Shown here: piece by piece, positions 57,917 to 64,000 of the stretch
Numbering within the stretch: the first letter of the stretch is position 1
Layout: each line of letters starts with the position of its first letter
Assembly (NCBI GenBank): GCA_964016885.1
Contig: OZ024743.1
Coordinates: forward strand, 154,566,001 to 154,630,000
Reading direction: 5' to 3'
Origin: Eledone cirrhosa
Lineage: Eukaryota
DNA length: 64,000 nt
Made by a program: the position numbers and the translations under genes
The notes under the pieces: generated by a model
The model's input: only the letters and a program-made list of their open reading frames with translations
What the model was told of the DNA's origin: nothing
Databases searched by the model: none

Positions 57917-58019
57917 AATGAAGTAATTCCATCGGAAAAGTCCAGGAAAAAAGAGTGCTCTATGTAAGCAACAGAGCTTAATTATTATTATTATGTAATA
58001 AACAACATAAGGCAATTAT

Positions 58020-58077
58020 TCCATTTACCAGTGGTTTCTTAAAAGCAAAAGGTTTTGCTTTCAATCCTCAGAATGAA
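58020..58077 (-). ncRNA. Type I hammerhead ribozyme, pLTR distal copy
   Basis: ttcatt CTGAGGA ttgaaagcaaaa-cc-ttttgcttttaa GAAA cca-c-tgg TA aatgga. Confidence 0.85.
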
Positions 58078-58464
58078 AAATCCTGGTTTGTTTATTGAAT
58101 ATGGATTCTAAAAACAAAAATACAATCTATATGAAAGTGAGGCTGGAAAAGGGAGAAGGAAAGGAAAAATAAAATAAAACTACACATACAAACACACACA
58201 AAAAAACACAAAAGCATACTTACACACACATACATATATACACATATATAAATGCACGCATACACATATACATATACACATATATATATATATATATAAA
58301 GAGCGTACACCTACACACACATACACATATATATACATACATATACACATACATACATTCATACATACACACACACACACACACATACACACACACACCC
58401 ACACACACATACACACACACATATATATACATGTACACATATATATATATATATATATATTTAT

Positions 58465-58499
<35 letters not shown>

Positions 58500-58880
58500 T
58501 GTGTGTGTACAAGCATACACATACACACACACACATATATACACACATACATACATTCACACAAACAACAACGTACATACATACACATACATGAATGCAC
58601 TCCACTACATATCCACACACGCAAATAAATATAAGAAAAAAATATATAAATATATATTAACAAATTTTTGACAGCGATACATGCCCCAGCTAACAGGACA
58701 GACACGCGTGGTAAGTAATACACACAAAAGCACATATACATACGTACGAAATACTAAACACATATACACACTCTCACACATAAATATACATATACAAATA
58801 CATAAACACGTACATACACATACATACACAAATACGAACACGTATACAATATAAACAGACACATGTATATGTAATTATAT

Positions 58881-58937
<57 letters not shown>

Positions 58938-58938
58938 T

Positions 58939-58985
<47 letters not shown>

Positions 58986-59006
58986 TAGATATATATATAT
59001 ATATAT

Positions 59007-59055
<49 letters not shown>

Positions 59056-59491
59056 CAAAAATATAAACGCACACACACATATAAATACGTAAACACACAT
59101 ATACATACATAGCTCAACAATTATACACATGCAAATACGTATATATCAAAAGAACGCACAACCAAATACAAACACACACACATACACACACACATACCCA
59201 CACACAAACCCACACATACATAAAGATAAATAAATACACACGCACACATATACATACATACACATACATATACACATACATACATATACACATATACATA
59301 TACATACACATATATATATATACATACATATACATATATATATATACACACATACACGTACACATACACACATGCATACAGACACACATATACATGTGTG
59401 TATGTGTAAAGCTCAGTATTAGATAAGACAAATGAACCTTACATAAATGTATATATAGTAGTAAAGTAATAAAGCCATACAAGGCAATTAA

Positions 59492-59549
59492 TCCATTCAC
59501 CAAAGTTTTCTTAAAAGCAAAAAAAGTTTCCTTCAATCTTCAGAATGAA
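59492..59549 (-). ncRNA. Degenerate hammerhead paralog, pLTR proximal copy
   Basis: ttcatt CTGAAGA ttgaaggaaac...gcttttaa GAAA actttgg TG aatgga. GUG triplet violates the NUH rule. Confidence 0.7.
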
Positions 59550-59623
59550 AAAAGCCTGGTTTATCCACATATACATACATATACACACACAAATATACAA
59601 TTATATACACACAGACAGACACG

Positions 59624-59669
<46 letters not shown>

Positions 59670-59690
59670 AATATATATATATACATATAC

Positions 59691-59739
<49 letters not shown>

Positions 59740-60016
59740 TATACATACATATACATATACATATATATATATACACAAACACATACGTACATATATACAT
59801 ATATACACATATATATATGTACACACAAAAATACATACACATACACATAGGTATGTGAAGGGCAAAACAAAAAGAATATATGGGGGGGGAGCTAAGAGGA
59901 GGTAAAAATATAAGGGGAGGTAAGGGAGAAAAAATATGTTTAAATATACAAGAGTACAGAAGGTAGAATCAGCAAAATAAAAACCGTAGCAAAAGTAAAG
60001 AGCAGAGAAGGAGTTC

Positions 60017-62149
60017 AAGTCGGTTGATTTATCGTAGGAGTGTCAATCCAGTTACAGATCAGATGCGATTTCAGATGAGGACAGCATCTGAAGATCTCAG
60101 TCTTTGAGTTAAGGCAAGCGGAAGTGGCTCTCAAGTTTAGCTAAATCCTATACTTTTCTGTGGTACACAAAGAACAATTCTTTGTGCCCCTTTGGTACTC
60201 CCTCGAATGGTCTAATATAGACCAATCAATAGAGTACGGGATATTACTATCCTTGAGATCCCATACCTTACTTGCGAGGGCCGTTGATGTTCGTTTATCT
60301 GAGTGTTTAAAAGAAGCGATATGTGAGTAAAATCTGGTTTTAAACCTGTCCTGGGTCATACCGACATATCGCTCACTTCTGGCTGGCTGGTTGTTGATAA
60401 CTGGCGTTATCTTAGCCTCATAAACGACAGATTTTGTGTTACATTTACCCTGCAATGGGCATTCTTCCGGCTTCCAGCAACTGCATCCTGGATTTATCCT
60501 CGTACGGTTTGAACTGGTGATTTTGGACTTCATGGATGGGCAACAAGAGTAGCTGATCTTAACTACATTCCTATTAAAAATCTCATAATATCTATGAATA
60601 GGAGGAAAATGTTTGTCTAATAGTTCAAGGAATTTCCTTCCTACATTAGTTTTGACATTTAGAGAGAAGGGGGGGGGGGTGAACCAAATAATCTTGCTTT
60701 TCCTGTTATTATGGTTAGTTTTAGGGGGGGGGGTAGGTAAATAAGAAATATTTTCTGTAAAACCGCTGTTCTTAAGGGCTTTATTATAATAAGGGGCGGC
60801 ATTATTAAAAATGTCTATAGACGATGATAAGGTAGAAATCCTACGGCTAATGTTAGGAATAAGATTATTAAAAAATATAGGGGGATGGCAAGACTCTTTG
60901 TGTATATACCTAAGATTTTCATTAGGTTTATGATAGGGTTTAAAAGAGGCAGTAAGTAGATCAAGATTAATATCAAGAAAGTTAGCATTAGTAAGGTTCG
61001 TATCTATAGTAATTTTAAGGTTAAGATTAGCAAAGGTACTAATTAAATCTTTACGGAATTTATCAAGATTATGGCCATTGGTGGTATGAGAAACTGCTAA
61101 TCCGTCATCACGGTATAAACCGATATTATGGGACGGAAATTTCTCTTTGAGTGTGAGGAGAAGGAATAATCCTACTAAGTCGCACACATCCGCACTGTCA
61201 TAGGAACCATTGCAACATCGAAAGAGTTTTCAGGGTTTGACTTTTTAACCCAAATATTATCATTAGTAAAAAGTAAAGTTTTTCTAGCATGAAAGATAAT
61301 GTCCTCTTCTAATTTGGAGATATTAATGAAGGGTCTTGCAAAATCTAAGGCTTTAGTTAATAAGGAAACAGTAATAGAAGGGTAAAAATCGACAATATCA
61401 AATTGGGTAAATCTACACTTATTTTTACCTTGTATATTATTGAACCAAGAAATAACAGAGGAAGTATTTAGCCACTGTGAAAGGACAGTGTTAGTTCTAA
61501 TTTGGAGAATTATTTTTCTTAAGATTTTCTTACTAGCAAGGCCAACCTCGGATTTAGCCGGGTTAATCAGTCTACAACTAGGTCGATTAGTAAAGTCCAA
61601 TTTATGGTCTTTAAGGTTAATATATTCTTTACGCTTAGCTAAGCTTTCAATCCGGTTATCAATTTGTAAAGAACTAGCTAGTTCTTTAGCTTCTTTATTG
61701 ATAGTATTGTAGCTATTATTATTAGTTAATTGATATTTATTGGTAATACTATTAGTTAAAAGTTGGTTATACAAATTACTATTAACTTCAAAGAGGTTTT
61801 TAGTTTTATCAGAAAGAACGAAAGTGTTTGTAGGATTTCTAAAATTAGAGATATCGTGAGAAAGTTTAGTTTGAAAATTATTATTGTACTTACGAAATTT
61901 GATATCACTAATTAGTTTAACGAGGTCTAATTCGAAGTTGGCCATGTCTTTAATTCTAGGTGGATATTTACGGGATTTAATGTCAAAATAATCTTTAGTA
62001 TCAGCACTGAATAGTCCATCGTAAACCATTGCCTTCCATCTCATTCTTTTAACGACTTGTTCGATTTTATCAATGAGGATTTTGGTGTATGTTGTGTTGG
62101 AAGGAGTGGGTATGTTTTTGATAGAATAATCCAAATCATAAAGGTCCAT
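60017..62149 (-). pseudogene. PLE reverse transcriptase-GIY-YIG endonuclease ORF with one frameshift (about 61208) and one premature TAG (60141-60143)
   Basis: SDKTKN, KDHK, CRLINPAKSE, QFDIVDFYPSI, DVAM[G]SYDSADVCDLVG, GLYRDDGL, FLDINLDL, CSCWKPEECPLQGKC, VVYEAKI...YVGMTQDRFKTRFYSH, CSLCTTEK. After the stop the frame continues LNSKTEIFRCCPH. Confidence 0.92.
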
Positions 62150-62369
62150 GGTGTATGTTGGTTAAATTCCTGAAAACTGTAGAGTGCTCAACTAATCGGG
62201 CTGGAAAGTGCCAATCGTATATGTAATATCGAATATGCTGCGATCAATCCCGGTTGGAGCTGTATAAATGAAGTAATTCCATCGGAAAAGTCCAGGAAAA
62301 AAGAGTGCTCTATGTAAGCAACAGAGCTTAATTATTATTATTATGTAATAAACAACATAAGGCAATTAT

Positions 62370-62427
62370 TCCATTTACCAGTGGTTTCTTAAAAGCAAAA
62401 GGTTTTGCTTTCAATCCTCAGAATGAA
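62370..62427 (-). ncRNA. Type I hammerhead ribozyme in upstream pLTR, about 230 nt 5' of the ORF start
   Basis: Identical to 58020-58077. Confidence 0.85.
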
Positions 62428-62790
62428 AAATCCTGGTTTGTTTATTGAATATGGATTCTAAAAACAAAAATGCAATCTATATGAAAGTGAGGCTGGAAAA
62501 GGGAGAAGGAAAGGAAAAATAAAATAAAACTACACATGCAAACACACACAAAAAAACACAAAAGCATACTTACACACACATACATATATACACATATATA
62601 AATGCACGCATACACATATACATATACACATATATATATATATATACATATATAAAAAGAGCGTACACCTACACACACATACACATATATATACATACAT
62701 ATACACATACATACATTCATACATACACACACACATACACACACACACATACACACACACACACACACATACACACACACATATATATAC

Positions 62791-62864
<74 letters not shown>

Positions 62865-63243
62865 CTGTGTGTGTACAAGCATACACATACACACACATAT
62901 ATATACACACATACATACATTCACACAAACATACAACGTACATACATACACATACATGAATGCACTCCACTACATATTCACACACGCAAATAAATATAAG
63001 AAAAAATTATATAAATATATATTAACAAATTTTTGATACCGATACATGCCCCAGCTAACAGGACAGACACGCGTGGTAAGTAATATACACAAAATCACAT
63101 ATATATACGTACGAAATAGTAAACACATACACACACTCTCACACATAAATATACATATACAAATACATAAACACGTACATACACATACATACACAAACAC
63201 GAACACGTATACAATATAAACACACACATGTATATGTAATTAT

Positions 63244-63305
<62 letters not shown>

Positions 63306-63595
63306 CATACAAAAATGTAAACGCACACACGCATATAAATACGTAAACACACATATACATACATAGCTAAACAATTATACACATGCAAATACGTATATAT
63401 CAAAAGAACGCACAACCAAATACAAACACACACACATTTACACACACACACACACACACACAAACCCACACATACATAAATATAAATAAATACACACGCA
63501 CACATATACATACATACACATACATATACACATACATACATATACACGTATACATATACATACATACACATATATATATATATACATACATATAC

Positions 63596-63627
<32 letters not shown>

Positions 63628-63769
63628 ACGTACACATACACACATGCATACACATACACACACACATATACATGTGTGTATGTGTAAAGCTCAGTATTAG
63701 ATAAGACAAATGAACCTTACATAAATGTATATATAGTAGTAAAGTAATAAAGCCATACAAGGCAATTAA

Positions 63770-63827
63770 TCCATTCACCAGAGGTTTCTTAAAAGCAAAA
63801 AAAGTTTCCTTCAATCTTCAGAATGAA
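63770..63827 (-). ncRNA. Degenerate hammerhead paralog in upstream pLTR
   Basis: CTGAAGA...GAAA cctctgg TG aatgga; GUG triplet as in 59492-59549. Confidence 0.7.
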
Positions 63828-63901
63828 AAAAGCCTGGTTTATCCACATATACATACATATACACACACAAATATACAATTATATACACACATACAGACAC
63901 G

Positions 63902-63960
<59 letters not shown>

Positions 63961-63966
63961 ATACAG

Positions 63967-64000
<34 letters not shown>

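Larger units (their letters stand above)
57917..64000 (-). mobile_element. Nearly intact PLE in partial-tandem arrangement: upstream pLTR (62267 to window end), RT + GIY-YIG ORF, downstream pLTR (57917 to about 60000)
   Basis: 57917-59700 is repeated at 62267-64000 (offset 4350 at the start). The ORF lies between the repeats. The 3' end abuts (TA)n. Confidence 0.92.

Noticed and set aside
60141-60143. In-frame stop in the PLE endonuclease as possible selenocysteine readthrough
   Set aside because: The codon is TAG, not TGA, so it is best read as an ordinary nonsense mutation.

Overview
This is AT-rich eukaryotic non-coding DNA full of (TA)n/(CA)n microsatellites. The SINE families resemble octopus SINEs, so it is probably a cephalopod genome (inference). 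I find no supportable host gene, rRNA, true tRNA or CRISPR. Most listed ORFs are microsatellite translations or antisense shadows of retroelement ORFs. The window is a graveyard of transposons: Penelope-like elements (PLEs) of at least three types, CRE-like, Tx1/L1-like, R4/Dong-like and RTE-like LINEs, tRNA-derived SINEs, and mariner, pogo-like, Helitron and other DNA-transposon remnants. The main signal the ORF track misses is a dense set of type I hammerhead ribozyme (HHR) motifs, about 20 copies from about 10 unrelated sequence families, all folded by eye. They occur in PLE terminal repeats, in fold-back palindromes, and in non-coding head-to-tail arrays inserted at (TA)n. The 595-bp and 552-bp arrays carry one complete HHR per unit and look like retrozymes (circular-RNA-based non-autonomous retroelements). 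A third array (about 630-bp units) carries only a degenerate motif. Some HHRs use the compensatory U3-A8 core, and many have a palindromic stem III. Nothing was computed, searched or assayed.
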